Positions 1-13,449 of a stretch of 64,000 nucleotides of DNA are shown in pieces (position 1 is the first letter of the stretch; every line of letters starts with the position of its first letter). The notes beneath the pieces were generated by a model. It saw only the letters and a program-made list of their open reading frames with translations, was not told the origin of the DNA and did no database searches. The translations under genes were made by a program, and so were the position numbers. Source of the DNA: Salpingoeca rosetta (taxonomy: Eukaryota; Protista; Choanoflagellata); contig JAWQFM010000011.1 of the NCBI GenBank assembly GCA_033442325.1, positions 784,331 to 848,330 of the forward strand, given 5' to 3'.

Positions 1-117
1 TGTGTGTGTGTGTGTGTGTGTGTGCGTGCGTGCGTGTGTGAGTTGTGCTTGTGTGTGCCTGTGTGTCTGTGTGTGAGTTGTGCTTGTGTGTGTGTATGTG
101 TGTGCCTCTTTCTGTGC

Positions 118-156
<39 letters not shown>

Positions 157-212
157 TTGTGCGCCTGTCTGTATCAACATCCCCCCTTCTCCCCCCCCCC
201 TCTCACACACAG

Positions 213-2016
213 GGTTGACAAGTGGTTCGCGTCGCTTCACACGGATGCAAAGCGAGTGCTGAAGCTGTGGCGTGCACATGCAGACAAGCGGGTGCAGTGC
301 TCGATCGAGAACAAGGCGTTCACAGGCGACACCCCTGCACACAGCATCTTCCGCGCAGCACCGCGCTCAGCCATCAACCCACTCTTCCAGTCAACACTCG
401 TCCTCCCCACCGCAGACTCCCGCTCCCACTTCCACGCATCCGCACTCAGCTCCGAGCCCGCGGTGTGTGCGCGCGCGCGTGTGTGTGTTTGTTTCGTGCA
501 TGTGTGCATGTGTGTGTGTGTGCGTGTGTGTGCCGTATCTCTGTGTCACTCGGAAATGCTGTCTTGTCTTCTGACCTCCTCTGTTCTTCGTGTACTCCCA
601 ACGCCCACTTCCTCCCTCACACATTCCATCACCGCCAATGTTGCAGACGCTTGACGAGCGGCTTGCGCTGTACGACCCCGAGATCCCGCCCAACTGGATG
701 CACTGGGCCGCGCGCTTCCCAGTGCACGAGGCTGCCATGCTCGGAAGATCAACACAACTCCACTTCCTCCTCCAGGGGGACCACAGGTGCGTGGGCTCGC
801 TCGTTCGGTCTTTGGTTTGTTGGTATGACTTGCACCCTTGCTACCTCCTGCTCCTCCTGCTCCTGCTACTCCTGCACCTCTCCCTCTTCGTCTTTCTCTT
901 GGACTGAGGCACAGACATGCACACTCATGCTTCCCACACGTCATGCAGTGCCAAAGCCAAGGACACAGAAGGGTGGACCCCGCTGCATTACGCAAGCTGG
1001 TACGGTCAGGAGGACATTGTTCGCATTTTGATGGAGGACTGGAGAGGAGCGCCAGCTGAAATCACACCAAGCAACGCAACAGGTGTGCGTGTGTATGTGT
1101 GTGTGTGTACGACTGCTTGTACGCATGCATGTGAGCATATGCCTGTATGCGCGTGTACACGTGCATGTGTGAGCGCACTCTCTCAGCTCACTTGTCACAC
1201 GTGCTGCATATTTGCCCTGCTCATTCATATGCTTGTCGGGCTCACCCTGCCCGTCCCTCATGTGTGCACTTCCACGTCTGCGCCTGTAGCTCTCCATCTC
1301 GCCGCTCGCAACGGATTTGCAGAAATTGTCAGACTGCTGGGTGTGTGCATCTCACCTAATTAGTGTCCACGTGCCAGTCTCGGCCTCCCTCCCTCTCTGT
1401 CTGTCTGTCAGTCTTTCTGTCTTGTCTGTCTGTCCGTCTGTCCGTCTGTCTACCTGTCTGTCTGTCTGTCTCGGTCACACACACACACACTCTCTCTCTG
1501 TTTTGTCTGCCTGCAAGCCATTACCGCGCTGCACCCCCTCCATCTTCTCTTCACCAGCGCCATCCTCACGCCTTTTTGTGCTTAATTGCTTCGTTTGCTC
1601 GTTTCTTCACTCCTGCTTCCCTTTCCCCACCCCCCTCTTTCTCTCTCCCTTCCTCTCTCCCACCCTCCTTCCCTCCTTTGTTGCAGTTGCCTGTCCGATT
1701 GTTGACATCCAACAGAAGGACGCAAACGGCAACACGCCCCTCGACCTCTGCAACAAAGCCCAACTCAACGACTGGCAGGATGTCGCAGCCATCCTCACAA
1801 ACCCAGAAAGTCAGTCGTGGGTTTTGCTTTTGTGTTCACGTCTGTGTTTGCGTTTGTATGTTTGCACTGCCTGCTTCATCTCTGTCGATTGTCATTCGTT
1901 CGTTCGTTCGTTTGTTCGTTCGTTCGTGCGTTCGTTTGTTGTGCCCACACTTGTTTGCCTGGGCTACTTTCCCGAGCGCTCGCTTGCATGGCCCCATCTA
2001 ACTCACTGCTGTCTTT

Positions 2017-2113
<97 letters not shown>

Positions 2114-3328
2114 TACACGACACCCCCCCCCCCCAAACGCGCACACACATCCCCTTCTTCCCTCGTCCTCACTGCCGTTGCCTGTGCGCGTTGCATCTGC
2201 CATTATCAGCACGTGGAGCGCCGGGTGCTGTCGCAGGTTGCCTTGAAGCTCCTCTTTGACGAAGCCTTGTTCGCGGTCCTGCATTCGCTCTGGCCGACAC
2301 AGCTCGCAGATGCCGTCCACCTCGCTGGCCTCCTCATGCAGGTGCGTGTGTGAGTGAGTGTATGTGTTTATGTATGCATGTGCATGTGTTCGTATGTTCA
2401 TGTGTGCATATGTGTGTGTGGCGCTTTTAACTGTCTCCTTCATGTTTTCCTCGCACCATGTTGTCAAATCACGCCCCTCCACAACGTGTAACACATCTGC
2501 CTTCGCTTCTCCCCTTCCTCCCCTCCACCACTCGCCTCGTGTGCAGATTCGGTTTGGGGACTTCAACCCCCAAACACATGTCCCCGGGTTCCTGCGTGGC
2601 GGTCTCGAGACGTTTGTGCCACAGCACCTCCTCCACAACCAGCTCAGAACTGTCGAGTGGGAAAGGTGAGGCCAGCACACGCAAACCATCCGCCGCGCGC
2701 GCGCGTGTGTATACGTGTGTACGCGCGCGTGTGTACGTGTGTGTGTGTGTGTTCGATGGTTGACGGCCGTTGCATGTCATACTACACTCTGTCGCCTGTC
2801 ACCTACAAACCTGTGTCACGCACCTACGTGTGCATGTGTACACGCACGAGCATGCTTCCGCTTGTCATTGCCGGTTGCATCTGCACTTGCCACACCTCCT
2901 CCCCGACTCGCAGCGCACCTTCTCATCATCACGCGATAACTGTGCTCCGTTCTACTTGCAGACGCATCTTTGCTGAGCACCAGAAGCACAAAGGCGTGAC
3001 GGATGTACTGTCACTGCATCGTCTCTTCCTGCAGTACTGCCGCCAGTGGCCTTACTATGGCGCAACCCTCTTCGACGGCCTCCTCCTCAAGGCATCTCGC
3101 AGGAAGAGGTGCGCGTTCACACATGTGTGTCCGTGCGTGTACATTTGTATGTGTGCGTGTACATTTGTATGTGTGCGTGTGCGTGGGTATGCATGCATGT
3201 GTGAAAGTGTAAGTGGATGTGTCTCCTTGTCCTTGTTGCATCCGCACCTGCCCGTTTGAGCCTTTCCCTCGTTCACTTTAGCTTACGAAACGACGACACA
3301 CGCACACATACGCACACATACGTACACG

Positions 3329-3382
<54 letters not shown>

Positions 3383-3749
3383 TACATGTCGTTACTGCCA
3401 CGTAGGCCGGACGCCATTTCCCTGGCCATCAATTCCGACTTTGTCAGCGTCATCATGCGCGACCCCATGATGCTCAAGGTGCGCAGTGCACTCACAACTT
3501 CGCCACATACGCGTGCGTGTTTGTGTTTGTGTGCAACTGTGCGGGATTTGTTGCTTAGCGTTCCTGCCAGCAACTCCTCCTCCTTTATGCTACCGCGACC
3601 TCACCGCACCATCATCATCACTCCAGGTGCACCTCTCATGGGACGAGTTTAAGTTTGAGGCGGACGTGGACAACAAGGAAGTCTCCTTCTTCCTCCAGGT
3701 GCGTCCATGCTTCAATATGACATGTCTGTACTCCATCTCCTCGACAATG

Positions 3750-3834
<85 letters not shown>

Positions 3835-5001
3835 GTGCTCACCTGAACCCGCTTTTCTTCGCTTCTTCCCCCCCCCTCTTTTTCTCCATCACCTCACCTC
3901 CTTTTCCTCGCACCTCAAGACGTCGAGCACGGCCAAGTTGGAGGAGCTGCAGCAGTACATCGCCGTCCGGTCTGACGAGCAACGCATCATCTTCATCATC
4001 GACCAGGTCATACCGCACCGAAATCACAGCCCCTCTTGACCCTTCTTCCTTCTCTTGCCAGCAGTGCTGTGCTTCGATTCCTCTTCGTTTCTTCAGCCCT
4101 GGCAATTGTGCTGGCCCTTTCACTGTCCCCCGGCTGCTCCTTTCAACCTCGTCTCGTGCGTCACCCACCCACTCCACCCCCACCCCCTTCCTCTCTTGCC
4201 ACACCTACCCACCCCCTCACACCTACCGACACATCGCACTTTCACCTCGACAGACGGAGGCGATGATGGACTTGATGGCCAAGCTCCTCGACCTCTCACA
4301 GCGCGCAGACAAAGACCTGGAGATGAAACGAATGGCGCAGGTGCTGTTGCTGTTCCTGATGCTGGCATTGGTGCATTGGCGTTGTTGTTGCTGATGTCGC
4401 TCTCATTCGTGGTTGTTGGCGCTGTCACTTCTTCTTCTTCTTCGTCGGTGGTGGTGCGGGTTTACACGCTTCCTGTTCTGTCACGAGTCTGCTGGTGCTG
4501 CTGCTTCTCCTGAACAACTCATATGCGCACTCTCTGGTGTGAAAATGTGTGTGTGTGTGTGCATGTGTGTGTGTGACATTTGTCGATTGCGTCATGCTGC
4601 ATTTTGTGTGTCAGGGAGGACCGCGCGTCCACAAACTCGTCAGCAACCAGCCGGCGCCAATCGAACCCCTCAGCCGCGGCGAACGCGTGGAGATTGAACA
4701 ACGACAGGTGTGTGTGTGTGTGTGTGTACGCGTCTGAACTTGCACTGCGTTCTGATTTTGTACTGCGTGTGCCCAAACGTTCCTGCAACACTAATCCTTT
4801 CGACCCTCCCTCCCCCTTCCATTCTCCCCCCCCCCAAACAGAGCAAAGAGCGGAAGGCGCGCTACAAAGTCGTGCACAGCTTTGGCACTGCGTTTCCTCG
4901 TCGCGGCGGCGACAGCAAGTCTGCAGCTGAACACGTGTTTGACAAGTTTTGCGCCGAGGACGGCCTCGCCTCCATCAACGACCTCAAAGTTATCTGCTAC
5001 G

Positions 5002-5060
<59 letters not shown>

Positions 5061-5899
5061 GTGTGTTGTGTGTGACACATATGTGCAGCGAACAGAGAGC
5101 GAAAGAGCTCCCGTTGCCATTACAATCTCATCCAACAATCCTGACTCACACGTGCGCACGCCACCACCACCGTCATCACCATCACCTCCACCACTGTCAC
5201 CAGCTCGGCTACTGGCTCGGCCCCGAACTGGACGGTGCGCGCGTCATTCTCGACAGCAGCGGGACCAACCTCTTCTCCTTCCGTGACCTCGTCTCATGGT
5301 ATTGTGTGCGTGGTTGTGTATGTGAGTGTGTGGTTGTGTCTGTGGGTGTGTGGTTATTGGTTCGTTTGTGTGCGCTTGTGTGGCTGTGCATCTCGAGTCC
5401 CCGCTTTCCTAGCGCTTGCTTCCATTGTCTTCTTTCATCACGACCTCATGCGCATCTCATCACGCTGCCTGATGTCGTCCACCCGCCCAACAACTACACA
5501 GGTGGTGCCAGTCCTCGCGATCATGGCTCTATCTCCTCGACGATCAGGCCTTCAAGAAACGACACGAGTGAGCACTTGTTGCTTTGTTCCCTCGATGCAG
5601 CGTTCACTGTGCACGTTGTGTGGTGTGTGCCGCATGGCTGAACATGTCTGAATGCATGCTCACATGTGTGCATGTGTGCATGCATGTTGCTTTGCACACG
5701 TCAATACGTGCAACATTCTGCATTTTCATCGTTCTCTTATCTCACAATCCTCTGGTGTTTGCGTGCTCAACTGCAGCGCTGTGGGCATTTTCTTGCGCAA
5801 CGATCCAAACAGGACTGGCAAGGTGAGACAATCGATCCATCAACCAACCACCCAACAATCCACCTCTTCTTGTGACAGACGCCGTTCACACCCTGTCAC

Positions 5900-5977
<78 letters not shown>

Positions 5978-6153
5978 CTCACTCCATTTGCTTCCCTCCC
6001 CTGCAGGTGTCCGATGAAAAGTTGTCTGGCCTCATCAACGGGTTGCGCTCCACTGGACTCACACGCAAAACGGAGGAAGCAATCCGAAAAGGTCCGTCCA
6101 CCTGCTCTGCACATACGCACACGCACACACATTCACACACAAGTACACACACG

Positions 6154-6191
<38 letters not shown>

Positions 6192-6482
6192 TACACACAC
6201 ACACACACACACACACACGAGTACACACACACACACACACACACACATACACCCAGACACACACATATTCACACACACCATCACACACACATTCACAAAC
6301 ACTTACCGTCTGCTCTCTCCTCGTTCTGACCACCGCTTCCGATCCGATCATGTTCTCCCCCTCCCCCCTCCCCCCGCTTGTGGCCAGGCCTCGACCCTGG
6401 CAGCACAGGATTCCTTGCATTCAACACGTACATTGACTGGCTGACAAACCTGCACATCATCGATGATCGCGTCATCTCATGA
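213..6482 (+). CDS. KRIT1: KRIT1/CCM1 homolog (NPxF region, ankyrin repeats, FERM F2-F3) with C-terminal EF-hand extension; multi-exon, 5' end upstream of window
   Basis: Spliced exons (213-462, 647-786, 949-1082, 1290-1340, 1687-1809, 2210-2341, 2547-2665, 2962-3108 ... last exon ending TGA 6480-6482) give VDKWF...SIENKAF...INPLF, ankyrins [10 protein letters not shown] / [20 protein letters not shown] / [17 protein letters not shown] / GNTPLDLC...[10 protein letters not shown], and [13 protein letters not shown]...LAGLLMQIRFGDF...[16 protein letters not shown]. These are colinear with human KRIT1 as recalled. Confidence 0.88.
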
Positions 6483-6528
6483 GCGCTCCAGTCTCCATGC
6501 GTGTGTGCGTGCGTGTGTGTGTGTGTGC

Positions 6529-6656
<128 letters not shown>

Positions 6657-6890
6657 CTGGAATTCTTGTTCTCCCCCTTCTTTTTTCCTTTCTTTCCTTC
6701 ATTGCGATTCACACTGAGATGGGCCGTTTATGCCAGATAACTGTACAGTTCAACTACAATTGCAAAGAACCATGTTCCAATACCAACAGCGCGTTAGCAC
6801 ACACACACACACACAGACCGACACACAGACACACACCACAATCCGTTTCACGCCTGCTTCTCCCCCTTCTCCTTCTCCCACTCCGCAAAG

Positions 6891-9800
6891 TCACAGCGGG
6901 TCGATGGCGAGGTGGCACGAGAAGAGCTCCCGCATCACTTCATTTGCCGCAGACAACACGGCATTGAACACCCCCGTCCACGTGTCACCACCACCACCAC
7001 CACCACCACCACCATTGGTGTTGTGCTGGTGGGCAGCCATGCAGCGGCGCGCGTGCTGTAGGATCGACTTCATTTGCTCCAGTTCCTTGCGACGCGCAAG
7101 GGCGACAACGAACGTTGACAGCGCTTCACGCTGGAAGGGGAGCGGCTGTGCACACGTCTCACACCAGTCTCGCACCATCATGCGAACCGTGACAATGCTC
7201 GAGCAGCCAAGCACGTTCGGAACACACGCACCGCTGCCGCTGCCATCTGTGGATGTGTCCAGTGCCCGGGGCCCATTCATCGCTCGCACGAACCGGAGCG
7301 CAGACACGGCAACGTTGTCAGGGACAACCGCGGGAACTGCTGCGTCGCCGGCCCCTCCTCGCCTTCGCCTCGGCGAACGCGTTGGCGATGATGCTGACGA
7401 TGAAGACGACGACTTGGCACCAGTTGCAGCAGTCGCAGCAGCAGTAGCATCACGCACGCTGCCGTTCATTCCAGCTGTACCTCTTCCCTGAAGTTCACGT
7501 CCCTCATGCATGCCATTACCTACACCACCATCACTCCGCCTCCCCTTTGAAGAGAGGTTGTACTGCGCGCGAATCTCCCGCTGCAATTCCTCAGGCAGTG
7601 CCTGCAGGCAACTGGGGTCAATCTGCGACGCAGTGATGTCAAAGCCACCACCACCACCACCGCTTCCGTTGCTGGTGCCCACGGTGACACTTGGGTTGCG
7701 GCCGTCGACACGTGCACCTGCCGTGCTCTCATCCATCACGCAAACATCCTCCTCCTCATCCTCCTCATGCTCATCACCATGCCCATGGGAAGTGCTGACA
7801 CGCCTGTCTGCTGCGTCGCTCGCACCGTTGTCCTCCTGGGATTTGTGGCGCTTGCTTGCAAGCTGTTCAAGAATGCCGGTTTCAAAGATGGAGCGGCGGT
7901 TGGTCAGCAGCGCCCGTCCGCCATCGCCCTCGCCGGCACCTGCTGCCTTGTCACCACCTCGCTTTGCCTTTTTTGTTCGTCGTGTTGGCGACTTGGGTGC
8001 GCCGCGCTTGCCGCGTTTGCTTGGACTGCGCGGTGCCGATGATGTTGGTCCTCCTCCTCCTGTCGCTGTTGGCGTGCGCCGACCCCCCTTCTTGGTCCTC
8101 TTCCCCACAGATGATGACGATCGCGCCTGCTGAAGTGTTGTCGGCTGCTTTTGCTGGCGCCGCGAGAACGACTGCAGCTCCTTGACCATTTCAGGTGGAA
8201 GTTCAGCCAGGACGTCTTTGCTCCACTGCGACGGCGATGGAAACGCCAAATCACCACTGTTGCTGCTGCTGTTGCTGCCTGGTGCTGTGGACGCAGTGTT
8301 GCCTCGGGCTGCTCTCCTTGATGGTGACTGCGCCGAGGATGACGACGGCGATGGTGACGACGATGTTGTAGTCGTGGTGGCAGCGCGGCTTGTCTGCTGC
8401 TGCCGCTGTTGCTGCAATTGTTGTCGTTCTTGCACTTCCTGTTGCTGTTTCTGTCCTACCCCTTCACCTTCTGTGTCGTCCTCACCTCTGACAGCCACCT
8501 CATCGTCATCGTCATCGATGTTCACTGTCTCGGATGTGAATGGAATGGCGCTGTGCGACCGACGTCGCCGCCCCTTCGTCGGTGATGGCGTTGTGGACCG
8601 AGACACATGCAAACTCGTTGCCCCACGCATCACAGCATTGGTTGTGTCAGCAGCAGCAATGCCAGTTTCTCCAGTGCCTCCTGTCGTGCTCGTGGCATTG
8701 ATGGCAGCGGTGGTGGTGGCGGTGGTGGCATTGTGGTCATGAGCGCTGGTGTTGCCAGCACGGCTCTCCCTGTCGCCGGCGTTGTTGGGTGCAGCAGCAG
8801 CATCGGTCTGCGATGGCGTCTTGGCTGATTGGGAGGAGGAAGCGCTGGCGGCGGCCGATGCAATCTCAAACACCGTCGAGCCACCTGCCAAAGGCACCGA
8901 GGACACCAAATCACCTCCCTTCGCTGCAATTTCATGCACGCTGCTGTCGCTGGTCGTGCGAGTGGTGGTGGTGGTGGTGGTGGTGGTGGTGCGGGTGACG
9001 CCACGGCGATCAGCAGCACCATCCTCGCCGTCAACACCACCGTGACCACCGTCTTCGTCATTATCGCTGTTATCAGCGTCATCATCGTCATCGTCGAGAA
9101 CCACAGCTTTGTCGCATGCCTGGCTCACTGCCGTCATGACTGCGCGAACGTCCTCGCGAGAGAACGCAGACAGCGTCTCAAGACAGCGCTTGGAAACCTT
9201 GTGCTCCTTCGCAACGTCGCGCTGAACATACACCGGCAGTTCCAGCAACACAAGCACATCCACGCGCTGCACAAGTGTGTTGTGTCGTGTCGTGTGTGTG
9301 TTGGAAACACATGGGGAGAATGGAAACAACACACAACTCACACACAACTCACACACACACACAACTCACACACAACTCACACACACACACAACTCACACA
9401 CACACACACACACAACTCACACAAACAAACAAACAGCCACACACACACACACACACACAACTCACACACAAAACAAACAAACAACCACACGTCCCCACCA
9501 TCATCCCATCCCCCTCCCCAACAAGTAGCACTCACGGACGGACATTTGGCTCTCGTGAAAGAACATCGTCTTACCTTCGCCTGCAGTTCTTTGACGACAG
9601 CACGAAGCGCAGTGATCGAAGGCGAAGCACGGCCCTGCCTTGATACCGCCCTCTGCTCACTGCTCTCACGCCCAGACGGCAGCTCCGTGCTTGCAAGCAA
9701 TTCGCCATCGCCATCCCCCTCATGATCACCACCAGCAGCACGCCCTTTCCCTGCTTCGCTGTCTTTCCTACCAGGAGCAGCAGGCGTTGCAGCGCTTGGC

Positions 9801-10786
9801 GATGATGGTGATGATGGGGTGCGTGGCACTGTCGTCTGAAGCAAGTCAAACACGTTTCTCTGCTGCCGATCCACGCCTGCTACTGCTGCTGCTGCTGAAG
9901 AAGAAGACGAAGAGGAGGAGGAAGAGTTTAGCTGCTTCTGCTGCGGGTGGAGGGGCTGGTGGTGCTTGTAGTGCTCACGTGCGCCGGGCAGAGAGAGATC
10001 GGGGCTGAGCTTGTGCAAGGAGACGCCCACGCCACGAACGTCGAGGGCAGGAATCTTCAGAGCTTCATAGAGTTTCACAGCGGCATCTGCCAGCAGTTTC
10101 TCGGCCTTTGTCGGGCGACTGAAGCTCATGGTGCGATTGCGGTCATCGCAGGGGCCGTGGCCCAACAGCTTGTACGGCTGCTTCGCGCCAGGCTGCTTCA
10201 CCTTCACCTTGAGGGTGAGGCGTGACGCAAGGCGCTCCGCGAGCAGCAGGCGCTTGTGTACCTCGCCAACCAGATTGCGCACAAACGCGTGTACCTGATG
10301 CTGCTCAGCAAAGCGCACGCCCCACGTGATCTCCACGCTCACAGACTTTGGTGGCTCGTTCTCCTTGAGCGGGCGCGTGTCTTCCCCGCGACACGCGTTG
10401 TACAGCGCCTGGCCCGTCTTGTCGCCAAACTCAGACTGCAGCTCATGCAGTCGGAAACGCCGGAGTTGGTGGCAGGCAGTGATGCCTTGCTGCTGCAGCC
10501 GCTTCTCCGTGGACCAGCCAACACCCGGCAGGTTGCCAATGGGCTCGTCGCGAAGGTACCCTTCAACCTGGCCAGGCGCCACATACACCTGCGGTGCATG
10601 GTGATGTTGTGTTGTGCGTTTGTGGTTGTCATGTGCGTTCGTGTTTGTGATGTGTGATTGTGTGAGTGTCGTGTGCGTGTGGTTGTCATGTGCGTTCGTG
10701 TTTGTGTGCGTTTGTGGTTGTCATGTGCGTTCGTGTTTGTGATGTGAGTTTGTGATGTGATGTGTGTGTGTGTGTGTTGTGATGTG

Positions 10787-10819
<33 letters not shown>

Positions 10820-10868
10820 GTGTGAGTTGGTTGGGTGGGGGGCGAAGGACTTGCGAGGTGAGCATGTG

Positions 10869-10917
<49 letters not shown>

Positions 10918-12084
10918 GCACACGCACACGCACACACACACACACATGCACGAGCATGCACACAACCCAGCATAAGACTCATGCACGCACAACTGCAAAC
11001 CATGTACACGCAAAGCGCACAAGCAACAGCTTGCCGCATGCAATCAAACTCACCTGTCCGTTTGGCTTTGCACGGCGCGTGGCCATGCGCGCAAGCAAAA
11101 TGTTGTGTGCGATGCCAGCAGAGGCTGTGATGTGTAGTTCTGCCTCAATCTCCCGCCGAATCTGCGCAACAACTTCGCTCGCCAGTGGCTTTGACGGCGC
11201 TGGGTCGTTGAAGCTCGGTACAACATCATCGCCATCATCATCATCATCGTTGTCATCCTCCTCATCATGATTGTCATGCTCGCCGTTGCCGTCATTTCCA
11301 CCATCGCCGCCATCACCACTACCGCCATCAGCAGTAGCGACGTTGCCTGTGTGTTTGGTGTCGGTGCTATCAGTGTCAGTGTTCATGTCTGTCGTACTCT
11401 GGCCAGCACCACGCCCTGCCATCTGCCGTTGCCGTTGCTGCTGTTGTTGCTGTTGGTGGTGTTGCACTGGGTGGTCTGGTTGTGCAATGCCGGTGAGGTC
11501 GAGGTATGCCTCGTCCATACTCACTGCCTGGATTCGGATGGTGTGTCGCGCCAGAATGTGGTAGAACCGCTCAGAGGCCTCCTTGTACAGCGAAAATTCG
11601 TACGGGATCACCTGCAGGTCTGGGCAGCGCTCCAGCGCACGTGACACGCGCATGCCGGCACCAATGCCAAACTTGCGGGCAATGTAGTTGCAGGAAGATA
11701 TTTCCCCATTTCCTGTGCGCGGGCCGTGTGCAAGCACAACAGGCTTGTCACGGAGGTGCGGGCGAGTACGAAGACCAACGGCAACAAAGAACGCATCGAG
11801 GTCAATGTGTGCGATGACTCGATTGGCGTCACTCGCTGTGCTGAACCTCCATGGCGCCTTGCCATCTGCCGCATACTCGCGCTGAATGCGGCAAATAAAC
11901 GCGCGCGCATGGTTCCCGGAGGTTGACAGGTGATGCAATCTGGACTGGGAGTAGAAGTCCTGGATGAAGTTTGGGTTGTTGCCGGACACTTTGTTGCCGT
12001 AGCGAGCGAGGTCATCAAGGGCGTTGGACGGCTCGTCCGGATGCGGGTTGGGCCCCGAATACACGCGCACCGGTGCACGGCGCG

Positions 12085-12133
<49 letters not shown>

Positions 12134-13366
12134 TTGTTGTTGTTGTTGCACAGCAACAGCGACGGGCGCGTGCGTCCCGCCAGCCTTCGTCGCCTCAGCC
12201 GCAGCACCTGCTGTTGCCGCGGGGGGTGTGTTGTTTGTTGTGTGGTCACATCCTTCCACTCCAGAGCATTGATTTGTCTTCACTGCTGCCACTGCTGCTG
12301 GTCGCTGCTCGCTCGCGTGCTGTTGTGCTTGGATTGCGTCACTGCTCTTCCTCGGTTCATGATGCGGCTGGGAAGATGGCTGTCCCGTGTCGTCTGATTC
12401 CTTCTTCCGTTCTTCCTTCTTCTCATCTTGACCTTCCTTTGCCACGTCCTGGCCCACAATGTCTTTGCCCTTCGCCTTTGATGCAACCTCGACATCGTGT
12501 TCAGCCTTCACCACCGATGCTGCTTGCGCTGCAGGTGTCGGCCCTGGTAACGCTGCAGTCGTCGTGGCAGTAGTAGTGGTTGTTGGTGGTGTAGTGGTTG
12601 GTGCAGTCGTTGAAGTCGTTGTTGTTGCTGATGTTGCTGTTGCTGGCGTTGCTGTTGCTGATGTTGCTGTTGCTGACGTTGCTGTTGCTGATGTTGCTGT
12701 TGCTGATGTTGTTGCCACTGCCTTTGCTGTTGCTACCGGTTGCTTCCTTGCAGTTTCGTGCTGCTCATGCACCACCACCTCCTCCTCTTCCGCCTTCGCG
12801 CCCTGCACTTCCCCTTGATCGCCATCATCACGTGTGGTGCGTATGCTCTGCAGGTGTCGCTGCTCAAATGTGCCCATTGCACGTGAGGCATCCAGCCCCA
12901 GCCCCGTCTTGTGCCCAAAGCTCCGGCGCACAGCCAATTCTGGCCTTGTGTTGCCGCCACATGTGTCTGCATCTGTAGCTGTATCGGTGCCTGGCTGTCC
13001 ACTCTCTTCCGCTTTCACCGTCTGCGTGGCCATTGTTGCGGTGGCGGTGGCGGCTGTGGCCTCAACAGGCCTGTTTGTGGCCTTTGCAGTGGTGGTGCTG
13101 CTGGTGATGGCGGCGGCGCTTTTGGTGCCGGTGGTGTTTGAGGTGGAGGGTTGCAGTTGATTGAAGATGAGCTGCTGCTGGTCGCGGCCTTCGCGGTTGT
13201 ACAGGAGATACGGACCCACAGGCAGTCGCTGCCCGCTCTCAATGCTGTCTGTGATCCACTTCGCCGACACCACTTTCTGGTTGCTGGAGCGTGTGTGTGT
13301 GTGATGGAGTGGGTGAGTGTGTGTATGTGAGTGTGAGCGTGTGTGTGAGAGTGTGTGTATGTGTGT

Positions 13367-13449
<83 letters not shown>

